37,548 nucleotides of DNA from the NCBI GenBank assembly GCA_964432895.1, contig CAYSPN010000440.1, forward strand, positions 1 through 37,548. The letters are read 5' to 3'. Both the position numbers and the translations under genes were made by a program. The notes under the pieces are model-generated. The model searched no databases and had not been told where the DNA came from. It saw nothing but the letters and a program-made list of their open reading frames with translations. Source of the DNA: an uncultured Candidatus Kuenenia sp. (lineage in GTDB: Bacteria > Planctomycetota > Planctomycetia > Pirellulales > UBA1268). Positions 7,937-15,729 of the stretch are shown in pieces. Position 1 is the first letter of the stretch, and each line of letters opens with the position of its first letter.

Positions 7937-9235
7937 TCATGCGCACAATTCCTCGAGGATTCCAGCAGAGTCGCCGTGTTTCTCAACCTCGACGCCCGAC
8001 CGCTTGAGGATCGTGAGCCAGGCATTGCACAGCGGCGTGTTTTTGGCCGCGACGATGTTGTGGCCGAGCTTCAGGCCGGCCCCGCCACCGGCGAGGAGCG
8101 TCGGGCAGTTGTGAAGCCCGTGGCCGGTGCGGATGTTACTGCCGTAGGCGAGCGTGACGTTGTCGAAGAGCCGGGTGCCGTCGGCTTCCTTCGTGGCTTT
8201 GAGTTTGTCGAGGAAGCCGGCAAGGAGTTCGCTCTGACCGATATCGCGGCGCTGCGAGGCGTCGAGCTTTTCGCCGCCGGCCATGTGATAGTGGCTCATG
8301 TCGTGCGGAAAGACGTTGATGTCGAGGCTGGTGAGCAGGCTCACGACGGGCTGACGATAGGTGAACACGCGAGAACTGTCGGTCTGCATCGCGGCGATCA
8401 TGATGTCGTATATGACCGCGATCTCGCCACGACCGGCGAGGCCGGGCTTGGGCTCCGCGAAAGGCGCCGCAGGCTGCGGGACGCCGATCCATTGCTCGTC
8501 TTTGCTCAGGCGTGTCTCGATGTCGCGGACACTCTGGAAGTATTCCTCGACCTTTGCGGAGTCGGCACTGCTCAAGCCGCGCTGGACCGACTTGGCGTTT
8601 TCGAGCACAGCGTCAAGGACGCTGCGCTTTTCGGCAAGCAGCGCTCGCTGCTGCTCGATCGGCGTGTTGTCTGCGGCAAACAGGCGATGGTAGGCGGCCA
8701 GCGGTCCGTTGAGGCCAGCAACCGGCCTGCCGCTCACGTCCCATGCGAGCGAAAGGCCCGGCCCGTGGCCGGACTGCCCCATGTCGCCCTCGGTTCCGTT
8801 GAAGTGTAACGATGAAAATCGGGTGTGAAGTCCGAACTTCTGCGCCGCGACCTGATCCGCGCTGATGCTGTTGGTGAAACTCTGGCCCGGCTGCGCGTAA
8901 CGGTTGGCGCCGGTCAGCCACATGGTGCTGCCCCAATGGCCTTCGTTGGAATACCTGTGCGAAAGCCCCTGGACGATGCTGAAATCGGCCTTGTGCCGCG
9001 CCAGCGGGCCGAGCCCCTTGGGCAGTTCATAGTCTGCCCCGGGCGTGTCGATGTTGGGAAACCACGTCGCCTCGGTAACGCCCCAGCCGAAGCCGAGGAA
9101 AATCAGCCGCTTTGGTGCAGCCTCTGCGGTGCTTGCCGAGGCGAAGCGGCGAAAGCCGAGCGACTCGAGCACGGGCAGTGCGACGATCGCGCTGGAGGAT
9201 TGGAGGCAATGACGGCGGGAAACGCGTGTGTTCAT
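7937..9235 (-). CDS. DUF1552 domain protein with a twin-arginine-like signal
   Basis: ORF track, 432 aa. The N terminus is MNTRVSRRHCLQSSSAIVALPVL. Motifs such as LIFLGFGWG and FPHDMSHYH fit DUF1552. So does the position directly downstream of a DUF1592-type gene, since the two families normally pair in planctomycetes. Confidence 0.8.
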   Translation of the reverse strand: MNTRVSRRHCLQSSSAIVALPVLESLGFRRFASASTAEAAPKRLIFLGFGWGVTEATWFPNIDTPGADYELPKGLGPLARHKADFSIVQGLSHRYSNEGHWGSTMWLTGANRYAQPGQSFTNSISADQVAAQKFGLHTRFSSLHFNGTEGDMGQSGHGPGLSLAWDVSGRPVAGLNGPLAAYHRLFAADNTPIEQQRALLAEKRSVLDAVLENAKSVQRGLSSADSAKVEEYFQSVRDIETRLSKDEQWIGVPQPAAPFAEPKPGLAGRGEIAVIYDIMIAAMQTDSSRVFTYRQPVVSLLTSLDINVFPHDMSHYHMAGGEKLDASQRRDIGQSELLAGFLDKLKATKEADGTRLFDNVTLAYGSNIRTGHGLHNCPTLLAGGGAGLKLGHNIVAAKNTPLCNAWLTILKRSGVEVEKHGDSAGILEELCA

Positions 9236-9260
9236 GGGTGTGTGCTCGAATGCCCTTAGG

Positions 9261-12002
9261 TCACTTCGTGTGAAACTCTTTGCTCGCGACGAGTGCGTGA
9301 ATGAACTCGCGGATGGCGAGATTCTTGTCCTTCGCCCGGGAAAGCATCTCGTCCGCGAGCGTGTGGTCGGCGAGGCCGGCGGGGCGGCCGAGGCCGTATT
9401 CGATCAGCGCCATGCTGAAGCCCCGCGCGAAGGCGTCGGCCCGTGAGGTAATGATGTCTCGCAGCTCGAAGTAGTCTTTGAAGGCGGGCCCTCGATGGAT
9501 CTGCCCGGCGGCATCGATCTCCCAGGTTTTGCTCGCTCCTTTCACCGGCTTGCCCGTCTCGTCCATGACCTGATAGGTGTCTTCGGTTCGCCATTGACCG
9601 ACGGCGTCGAAGTTCTCCAAGCCGAAACCCAAGGGGTCGATTTTCCGATGGCAGTTCGCGCACTGGGCATCCTGCTGATGTGCGGTGAGGCGTTCGCGAG
9701 TCGTCAGCACCTGACCGGCAAGTCGCGTGATCTGCGGAATGTTGGCCGGTGCCGGCGGCGGCGGGTCGTTGAGGAGCTTGCGCAGCACCCAGGCGCCGCG
9801 CTCGACGGGGCTGGTGTCCGAGCCGTTTCCACCCATGGCCATCACAGCAGCCATGCCGAGCAAACCGCCGCGGACGGAGTCCTTTGGCAGTGACACCCTT
9901 TGAAACGCGTCGACCTGAAAGACGTCGCCCTCCACGCCCGCGATGCCGTAATAATCCGCGAGCAGCGGACTGATGATCGCGTAGTCGGACTTCAAAAGGT
10001 CTCGTACGCTCGCGTTCTCGTGGAGAATGTGCTCGAAAGTTGCGAAGATTTCCTGCCGCGCGGCGAGCTTGGTGCTCTTGTCGAACCGCGGGAACAGCTC
10101 GCGATTGAACTCGAAAAAATCCAGCCGGTCGAGCTGGAGCCACTGGTGCACAAAGGGCCGCGTGAAGCCCTGGCTGCGCGGGCTATCGAGCAGTCGCGTC
10201 GTCTGCTCGGCCAGCACCTCGGGCTTCATCAATTCCCCGCGGGCGGCGAGGTCGCGGAGCGTTGCGTCCGGCGGCCCACCCCAGAGGAAATACGAGAGCC
10301 GAGCGGCGAACTCCGCCGCACTCAGCGGCCTGCGTTCGTGATCCTGGACCGGCTCCGCGAGATACAGGAACTGCGGCGATGCGAGCGCTACCGAGATCGC
10401 TCGCTTGAGCGCTGCGGTGTGCTTGTCGCCCGCCTCACGGCGGGTGTCGTAGAGGCGAGTGAGCTTGTCGAGATAGGCCGAGTCGGGCTTCGCGCCACGA
10501 AACGCTTCGACACAGAATCGCTCGATCGCCCCTCGCACGTCCGCGGACGCAGGCGCCGCCTTGTCATCGAGCGGAATCCCCAGCGCGGCGATGCCGGGAG
10601 CCTCGCCCTTGCGCGAGTAGGGGAGCCGCTCCAACTCGATCCAGTCGACCCAGATCGCGAACTCGGGCCCGATGCCGTTTTTCGTTTTGGCAGCACCAAA
10701 TATCGCCTTCGCCTGCGAATAGTGATCGCGGATGCCCTTCTCGCGGATGAAGAGGGTGCGGTTGTCGCGCTCGGCGTGACGCCGCGTCAGGGTGATCGGA
10801 ATCTCGATGATCTGCGGGTTGTCCATGGTGCCGGTGACGCGATGCGTGCTGAGAAACGGACTCTCAGTGTGCTTCGGAGCGACACCGAACTCGATGAACT
10901 TCCGCTCCGGCGTCGCCTTGTCGGTTGCGGCAAGTCGCACACGAAACATGTAGTCGCCCGGGATCGTCTTCCACGCAAAAGGCAAAACGAGTGTGATGTG
11001 GTCATGCAAGAGCATCTCGGTATTGCCACCGATGGTGAGATAGGCGCCCCTGTCCAAATCCGGCATGTCCAGATACGCCTCGCGATACGCACGCATGTAA
11101 CCTTTGGCGGCCGGAGTGCCAAAACTGAGGTGGTAGTGTGCCAGGTCAGCCGAATTCTGCTTGGTGACGAACCCAAAGTCCTCCGGCGCGGGAGCACCTT
11201 GGATCTTCCGCCACTGAAGGCGGACGGCATCGTCGTTCTTCGCGTCCTTCCGCAGTTCCGCCACAACGGCAGCATTCTCCGGCTTGGCCATGGCCGCCTC
11301 CACCGCCGCCACCCAGTTTCTGGCACGCTCCAACGCGTCGAGTTCGTCTTCGTATTTTTTTCGTACGAGGCTCGAAGCCTCCTCGGCCTCGACGCGGATC
11401 TTTTGCTCCAGGCCCATCGCCGCCTGCCACTCGAAGGCCTCATCGAGCGCCGTGCGACCGAGTGCGAGGTATTGCTCGACCTGGCTCTCGGACATGAAGA
11501 GATTGGCACCGACCGTGTCGAACGCCCCGTTGCTCGTGTCGGCGGGGAGTTCCGCGACATTGATCTCGACGCCGAGCAGTTCCCGAAGGGTGTTCGAGTA
11601 TTCCCGGCGATTGAGCCGCCGAATGACGCCCCTGCCGCCGGCATCTGCCAGGCTTTGTCGGGCGACCACCATGACGTTTGACAAGGCATCGAGAAAGTCG
11701 GTTTTAGCCGCAGTGTCAGGCTGGGGCTCGGCTTCCGGCGGCATCTCTCCGGCGTTGAGCACATTGAGTACCTTCTGCCACCGCTCGGCCGTCTGGATGT
11801 CGGCAATCGAAAGTGGCAGGTTATCGAGCCGAACACTGCCTTCCTGCGTCTCGGCATTGTGGCAGCCGAAGCAGTGCTGCTCGAGCAGCAGGCGATGGCT
11901 GGCAGCCATCTCGGCACGCGGAACGTTCACCGCCGAGGCGGCCTGCGTCAGGAGTGCGACCACCGTCGCACTCCAGGCAAGCTGAGTCAGGCGGCTCTTC
12001 AT
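9261..12002 (-). CDS. DUF1587/DUF1592/DUF1595/DUF1588/DUF1585-type planctomycete cytochrome-motif protein
   Basis: Frame of ORF 9261..12203. The start is ATG 12002 (ATGA overlap with the upstream stop) or ATG 12020. Signal peptide MKSRLTQLAWSATVVALLTQAASA. Motifs: CFGCHN, CANCHRKIDPLGFGLENFDAVGQWR, VERGAWVLRKLLNDPPPPAPANIP. Confidence 0.85.
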   Translation of the reverse strand: MKSRLTQLAWSATVVALLTQAASAVNVPRAEMAASHRLLLEQHCFGCHNAETQEGSVRLDNLPLSIADIQTAERWQKVLNVLNAGEMPPEAEPQPDTAAKTDFLDALSNVMVVARQSLADAGGRGVIRRLNRREYSNTLRELLGVEINVAELPADTSNGAFDTVGANLFMSESQVEQYLALGRTALDEAFEWQAAMGLEQKIRVEAEEASSLVRKKYEDELDALERARNWVAAVEAAMAKPENAAVVAELRKDAKNDDAVRLQWRKIQGAPAPEDFGFVTKQNSADLAHYHLSFGTPAAKGYMRAYREAYLDMPDLDRGAYLTIGGNTEMLLHDHITLVLPFAWKTIPGDYMFRVRLAATDKATPERKFIEFGVAPKHTESPFLSTHRVTGTMDNPQIIEIPITLTRRHAERDNRTLFIREKGIRDHYSQAKAIFGAAKTKNGIGPEFAIWVDWIELERLPYSRKGEAPGIAALGIPLDDKAAPASADVRGAIERFCVEAFRGAKPDSAYLDKLTRLYDTRREAGDKHTAALKRAISVALASPQFLYLAEPVQDHERRPLSAAEFAARLSYFLWGGPPDATLRDLAARGELMKPEVLAEQTTRLLDSPRSQGFTRPFVHQWLQLDRLDFFEFNRELFPRFDKSTKLAARQEIFATFEHILHENASVRDLLKSDYAIISPLLADYYGIAGVEGDVFQVDAFQRVSLPKDSVRGGLLGMAAVMAMGGNGSDTSPVERGAWVLRKLLNDPPPPAPANIPQITRLAGQVLTTRERLTAHQQDAQCANCHRKIDPLGFGLENFDAVGQWRTEDTYQVMDETGKPVKGASKTWEIDAAGQIHRGPAFKDYFELRDIITSRADAFARGFSMALIEYGLGRPAGLADHTLADEMLSRAKDKNLAIREFIHALVASKEFHTK

Positions 12003-12976
12003 GGAGAGGATTCCCGGCATCGTCGAATGACCTCCTTGAGCGACACGACCACATCGTCGAGGTAATGCCCTGGAAACGTTGCCCGCCGCTGCTGCTCCGG
12101 CCCATGGGTCGCACCGATCTGAATCAGCAGAAAGTCTGCGTCGAAGGGCAGCTGGAGCTCGCAATCGATCGGCAGCCACCCCGCCGGATCGCGGTCGAAG
12201 CAAGCCCGCCGCCGATGCGTCATCGCAAGCGACTCCCGGGCCAGATCACTGTCGGGAACATCGTCAAGACGGTCAAACGTGGCCTCATCAAAGGCGTACA
12301 TGCAGATTGATCCTGTGTATTTCTCTTCTGGCGGATACTCGGCCGCATTGCAACGCGCCGTCGCCCTCGCGACCACGCAGCCGCCCCCTATCAGATCGCG
12401 GTAGGGCCGCAGGTCGATGACGCGATACACATCGGAGATGTAGCCGTCCCGCTCCGGCTTGCCGGGGTAGTCGGCCTGGAGCAGCCGCAGCATCCGGCGG
12501 CCTTCGGCCGGCGCGACGCCCTGATCGGCCGGCACCACTTGGCACACGTCGCCGCTCCAGCCACCAAGCCGGCCGACGAGGCCGCGGCACTCCGGAGCGG
12601 GCCCTGATTCAAAACCGTCGGCGAAGATCACCACCGGCCGCGACAGCATTGGCACGACATAGCCGAAGGCCAGCCCCGCTCCACCGAGGCCCACAAGCAG
12701 GCCGACCGCCGCTGCAGCCAACGGCACGCGGAGCGACGTCGGCTGCACCGACCGCGTGGTCACCGCCGGGCCGGGATCGTCGCCACCACGGCCAGCCGGT
12801 TCTTGCCAGAGAGACTCGTCGATGGCCAGGCAGGCATGCAGATCGGCCAGGCAGAGATAGCGATCACGGACCGCCGGGTCTGATGCCAAAGCTTCCTCGA
12901 GTCGTATCAGTTCGTCATCGGTGGCACGGCCATCGAGGCAGGCGTGAATCAGGGCGTCGAGTTCGGAAGGATTCAT
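11999..12976 (-). CDS. Anti-sigma factor, single-pass membrane protein with an unassigned periplasmic domain
   Basis: Frame of ORF 11999..12982 (TTG); the first ATG is 12976. The N terminus MNPSELDALIHACLDGRATDDELIRLEEALASDPAVRDRYLCLADLHACL is typical of planctomycete anti-sigma factors. One TM helix (PLAAAAVGLLVGLGGAGLAFGYVV). It lies immediately downstream of the ECF sigma gene. Confidence 0.7.
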   Translation of the reverse strand: MNPSELDALIHACLDGRATDDELIRLEEALASDPAVRDRYLCLADLHACLAIDESLWQEPAGRGGDDPGPAVTTRSVQPTSLRVPLAAAAVGLLVGLGGAGLAFGYVVPMLSRPVVIFADGFESGPAPECRGLVGRLGGWSGDVCQVVPADQGVAPAEGRRMLRLLQADYPGKPERDGYISDVYRVIDLRPYRDLIGGGCVVARATARCNAAEYPPEEKYTGSICMYAFDEATFDRLDDVPDSDLARESLAMTHRRRACFDRDPAGWLPIDCELQLPFDADFLLIQIGATHGPEQQRRATFPGHYLDDVVVSLKEVIRRCRESSP

Positions 12977-13014
12977 GGTCAAAGCCGTCTATCGAGAAAC
13001 GTTGTGGATGGTGC

Positions 13015-13548
13015 TCATGAGGTGGAACCGCTGGCCGACAGCCGCTCCTTGCGGCCGATGCAGGCCTCGAGGACGTACCGGATCCGCTGCAGCGATTTGT
13101 AGACCGCCTCGACGGTGCGGCTGAGCCGTTCGGCAATGGCCGGCACGGACTCATCGTCGAAGTAGTAGCCGCGGACAAGGCTTTGCTGGTCGGCCGGTAA
13201 CTGGTCGAGGCACTCGCGAAGGTGCTCCCGCCGCGCGTCGAGCTGCGGCGCGATCTCGATTCGCCGGGCCTCGAGCATTGCCACGAGATCTTCACGGATA
13301 AACCGCTTCCGCCGCCCCTCGGTGCGGAGGAACATCCGGGCCTCGTTGAGGGCAAACCGGCAGGCCCACGGGACGAACGGCCGATCGGGGTCGTATTGGT
13401 CGATCGCCTTCCAAAGGGACAGCGCCGTCTCCTGGAGGATGTCGCGGGCGTCGGCCACGTTCGGCACGATCGCCATCGCGTAGCGGAGGATCTCTTGCTC
13501 CGACTGGAGAAACAGCCGCATGAACTGCTCATGCGAGAGGGGAGACAT
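13015..13548 (-). CDS. ECF-type RNA polymerase sigma-70 factor
   Basis: Frame of ORF 13015..13632; start at ATG 13548. Region 2 is ..ILRYAMAIVPNVADARDILQETALSLWKAIDQYDPDRPFVPWACRFALNEARMF. Region 4 is ..LDQLPADQQSLVRGYYFDDESVPAIAERLSRTVEAVYKSLQRIR. Confidence 0.9.
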   Translation of the reverse strand: MSPLSHEQFMRLFLQSEQEILRYAMAIVPNVADARDILQETALSLWKAIDQYDPDRPFVPWACRFALNEARMFLRTEGRRKRFIREDLVAMLEARRIEIAPQLDARREHLRECLDQLPADQQSLVRGYYFDDESVPAIAERLSRTVEAVYKSLQRIRYVLEACIGRKERLSASGSTS

Positions 13549-13578
13549 GCGGGTTTTTTCCTGGAAAGCGGTCACGAA

Positions 13579-13628
13579 GGTACTATGCCGTCGATCGGTC
13601 GGATTGGACGTTTCTGGCGGGAACGGCC
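13579..13628 (-). promoter_or_regulatory. F1 module copy A (promoter-shaped) upstream of the ECF sigma gene
   Basis: The coding strand reads GGCCGTTCCCGCCAGAAACGTCCAATCCG-accgatcga-CGGCATAGTACC. The TAGTAC hexamer lies 31 nt upstream of ATG 13548. The module aligns without gaps with copies B, C and D. Confidence 0.5.
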
Positions 13629-13656
13629 GCATCCCGACCGTATTTGGGCTACCTTA

Positions 13657-13702
13657 AAGGATAGGTCGCCCAATGGCACTTCGGCAGGCGTCGGCCGAGC
13701 GG
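13657..13702 (+). repeat. F2 repeat copy 2 (solo, just upstream of F1-A)
   Basis: aaggataggtcgcccaatggcacttcggcaggcgtcggccgagcgg is 40/46 identical to 6428-6473, in the same orientation. Confidence 0.7.
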
Positions 13703-13723
13703 AGGGACGACGGCCATTGAGGG

Positions 13724-14037
13724 TCAGCGATTGTCGGCGGCCTTCTTCTCCGGCAGGGCGGCGGTGATCTGGGCGGCCACCTGCGCGGCCAGTTTGTCGT
13801 AGCCGGCTCCTTGATAACGGACGTCGCCCGGCTTGACGAAAAGTTCGATCTTGAGCTCCGGCCCAGGGGTCGAGCGGCCGCGTTCGACGTAGCATTGCAA
13901 CAGGGAGCGTAGCTCTTTCACCTTGCCGGGGAATTGCGCCTACAGGTTGTTTTTCTCGGCCGGGTCCTCGGCGAGATTGTAGAGCTGGACCGGCGGCTGG
14001 GTTGAGACTCGGCCTGAGGTGGACCCCGAGCCAGCCC
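13724..14037 (-). pseudogene. Sulfatase relic: C-terminal ~90 codons only, with an in-frame TAG
   Basis: Own minus-strand translation: ..QPPVQLYNLAEDPAEKNNL-TAG(13940-13942)-AQFPGKVKELRSLLQCYVERGRSTPG...AADNR*. The LYNLxEDPxExxNL...P.KVKEL pattern is the usual sulfatase C terminus. Everything upstream is missing, because the neighbouring gene's stop is at 14038. Confidence 0.7.
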
Positions 14038-14454
14038 CTATTTCGGGATATCGATCGTGAGCCGGCGGCTGGAGGCGTCGATGGTGTATTCGAGGCCCGA
14101 CGCTCGAGGGTCGGCGTAACGCTTGGCGACCCGGAGTTTTGCCAGTTCAACAGCATCGAGACCGGCCGGGGAGACACCGCCCTCGACCGATTCGATGGCA
14201 ACTCGATACACACCCGGCTTCAGAAAGATCGAGAACCTGCCCCCGTGATCGATACGGCTGACCCCACGATCGAGGCCATCTTCAACCGATTCAAAGGTGA
14301 TTTGCCCATCCGGAAGTGGCGAGCCGGCCACCGTCACCCGACCGCTTGTCGTGACCCGTCCCGGTGGCGCACTGTTCCAGCAGCCGCTGAGGCCTGCGAT
14401 CGTGAGGCCGAGAAGGCAAGCCTGAAAACTGAATGTTTGAAAATCCGCCCTCAT
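14038..14454 (-). CDS. Lipoprotein with a carboxypeptidase-regulatory-like (Ig-like) domain; partner of the DUF1559 gene
   Basis: Frame of ORF 14038..14481. ATG 14454 overlaps the upstream stop (ATGA). Lipobox in MRADFQTFSFQACLLGLTIAGLSGC. Also GRVTVAGSPLPDGQITFES..GRFSIFLKPGVYRV. Confidence 0.6.
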   Translation of the reverse strand: MRADFQTFSFQACLLGLTIAGLSGCWNSAPPGRVTTSGRVTVAGSPLPDGQITFESVEDGLDRGVSRIDHGGRFSIFLKPGVYRVAIESVEGGVSPAGLDAVELAKLRVAKRYADPRASGLEYTIDASSRRLTIDIPK

Positions 14455-15512
14455 GGCAACGTGCCATCTCCACTCGCACATTGTCCCAGACTTCGCAGGA
14501 CGGTCGGCGTGACGTCATCCCTGAGAAAGTGCACGGAGCCATCCGCCATCACAAACTGCGCACCGCCGAAGTGGAAGCTGCCAAAGCCGTACGAAAAGGT
14601 GAGCCCGTTGAAGCAATTGTCCGTCACCGGATCGCATGACACATTCAAGGAATTCGTCGCGACCGCGGCATTCGCGAGTCCGCCATTTCCACTGGTTAAG
14701 GCTGAAGCCCAGGTGAATTCCCCGGCCCCACCCCCCCCGCCGGTCCAGTTCCACCCTGATGCCAGCTGTGAGTACCGGGTCTCCCCGAGGAGAAAAGCTT
14801 TGCTTGAGCCGTCAGTGATGTGGGCCAAACGGGTCTTGGAATTGAGGAACATCACGCCACCGGCGGATAAGGGCTTAAACCCGCGGCCGCGGCAGGGTTT
14901 GTCGTTGTTCGGTGTTACGGGGCCCCAGGCGGCCAGATCATCGCTGAAGCCCGGGCAGTTCAGAGTTGTTCCAGGGTTTGGCCCTCCCCCCATCACGGCT
15001 ATATAGTTCGTTCCCGCATAGGGGCCATCCAGGCCGAGTGTGCCTGAAGTCAGCGAGAAATGCGGACTTGACGGACAGAGAAAGCTATCGTTTCGTCTTT
15101 TCTGTGGCCCGGCATTCGCACCGGCTCGCCCCGCTTCGGTGTTGAATGCTCCGGCGAATGTTCCAGAGAGCGTAAACGAATCATAACGAGCCTGATCCTC
15201 AAGATGCGGCAGGATCAGGACCTGCCACGGTGGTCCATCAGGCTGCTTAAAGTAGGCATAGGCTCCCGGTGTTCCCGAGGCGGGGCGGGTGACGACAGCA
15301 GGGGGAAATGTGCGTTTCCCATCGACATAGTTGAGCACCGCGAGAGAAAGCTGCTTGAGCTTGTTGGTGCACGCCACTCGTCTTGCCGACTCCCGAGCCG
15401 ATTGCACCGCTGGAAGCAGAAGACCGACCAACACCCCGATGATCGCAATCACCACGAGCAGCTCAACGAGGGTGAAGCCACGAGCCCGCTGAAATCGATA
15501 TGCGGTAACCAT
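14451..15512 (-). CDS. DUF1559 protein with a prepilin-type N-terminal cleavage/methylation domain
   Basis: ORF track, 353 aa. Motifs: RGFTLVELLVVIAIIGVLVGLLLPAVQSARESARR..C.NKLKQLSLAVLNY, and C-terminal FGSFHFGGAQFVMADGSVHFL. Confidence 0.9.
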   Translation of the reverse strand: MVTAYRFQRARGFTLVELLVVIAIIGVLVGLLLPAVQSARESARRVACTNKLKQLSLAVLNYVDGKRTFPPAVVTRPASGTPGAYAYFKQPDGPPWQVLILPHLEDQARYDSFTLSGTFAGAFNTEAGRAGANAGPQKRRNDSFLCPSSPHFSLTSGTLGLDGPYAGTNYIAVMGGGPNPGTTLNCPGFSDDLAAWGPVTPNNDKPCRGRGFKPLSAGGVMFLNSKTRLAHITDGSSKAFLLGETRYSQLASGWNWTGGGGGAGEFTWASALTSGNGGLANAAVATNSLNVSCDPVTDNCFNGLTFSYGFGSFHFGGAQFVMADGSVHFLRDDVTPTVLRSLGQCASGDGTLP

Positions 15513-15562
15513 GATTGCCCTCCCGAGGGATCACCGTCTGGGTAGATGTGAAGACCTCAACG

Positions 15563-15613
15563 GAGTTCTATGCCGGTCCTACGATCGTTTGGACAACTTT
15601 TTTTAGAAAGCCC
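15563..15613 (-). promoter_or_regulatory. F1 module copy D (most diverged) upstream of the DUF1559 gene
   Basis: Plus strand reads agttCTATGCCGgtcctacgatcGtTTGGACaacttttttt.. On the coding strand TCCAAA-n17-TAGAAC, with the hexamer 52 nt upstream of ATG 15512. Confidence 0.4.
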
Positions 15614-15729
15614 ACCCCCAGCAGCACCGGACCCGGAAAAACTCCAGAAATCACGGGGTTTCGGCTTTACCGCACCGCCCACACCCGACTATCCCCGATA
15701 TCCATGGCCACATCCCAGTTGCGGGCGGG

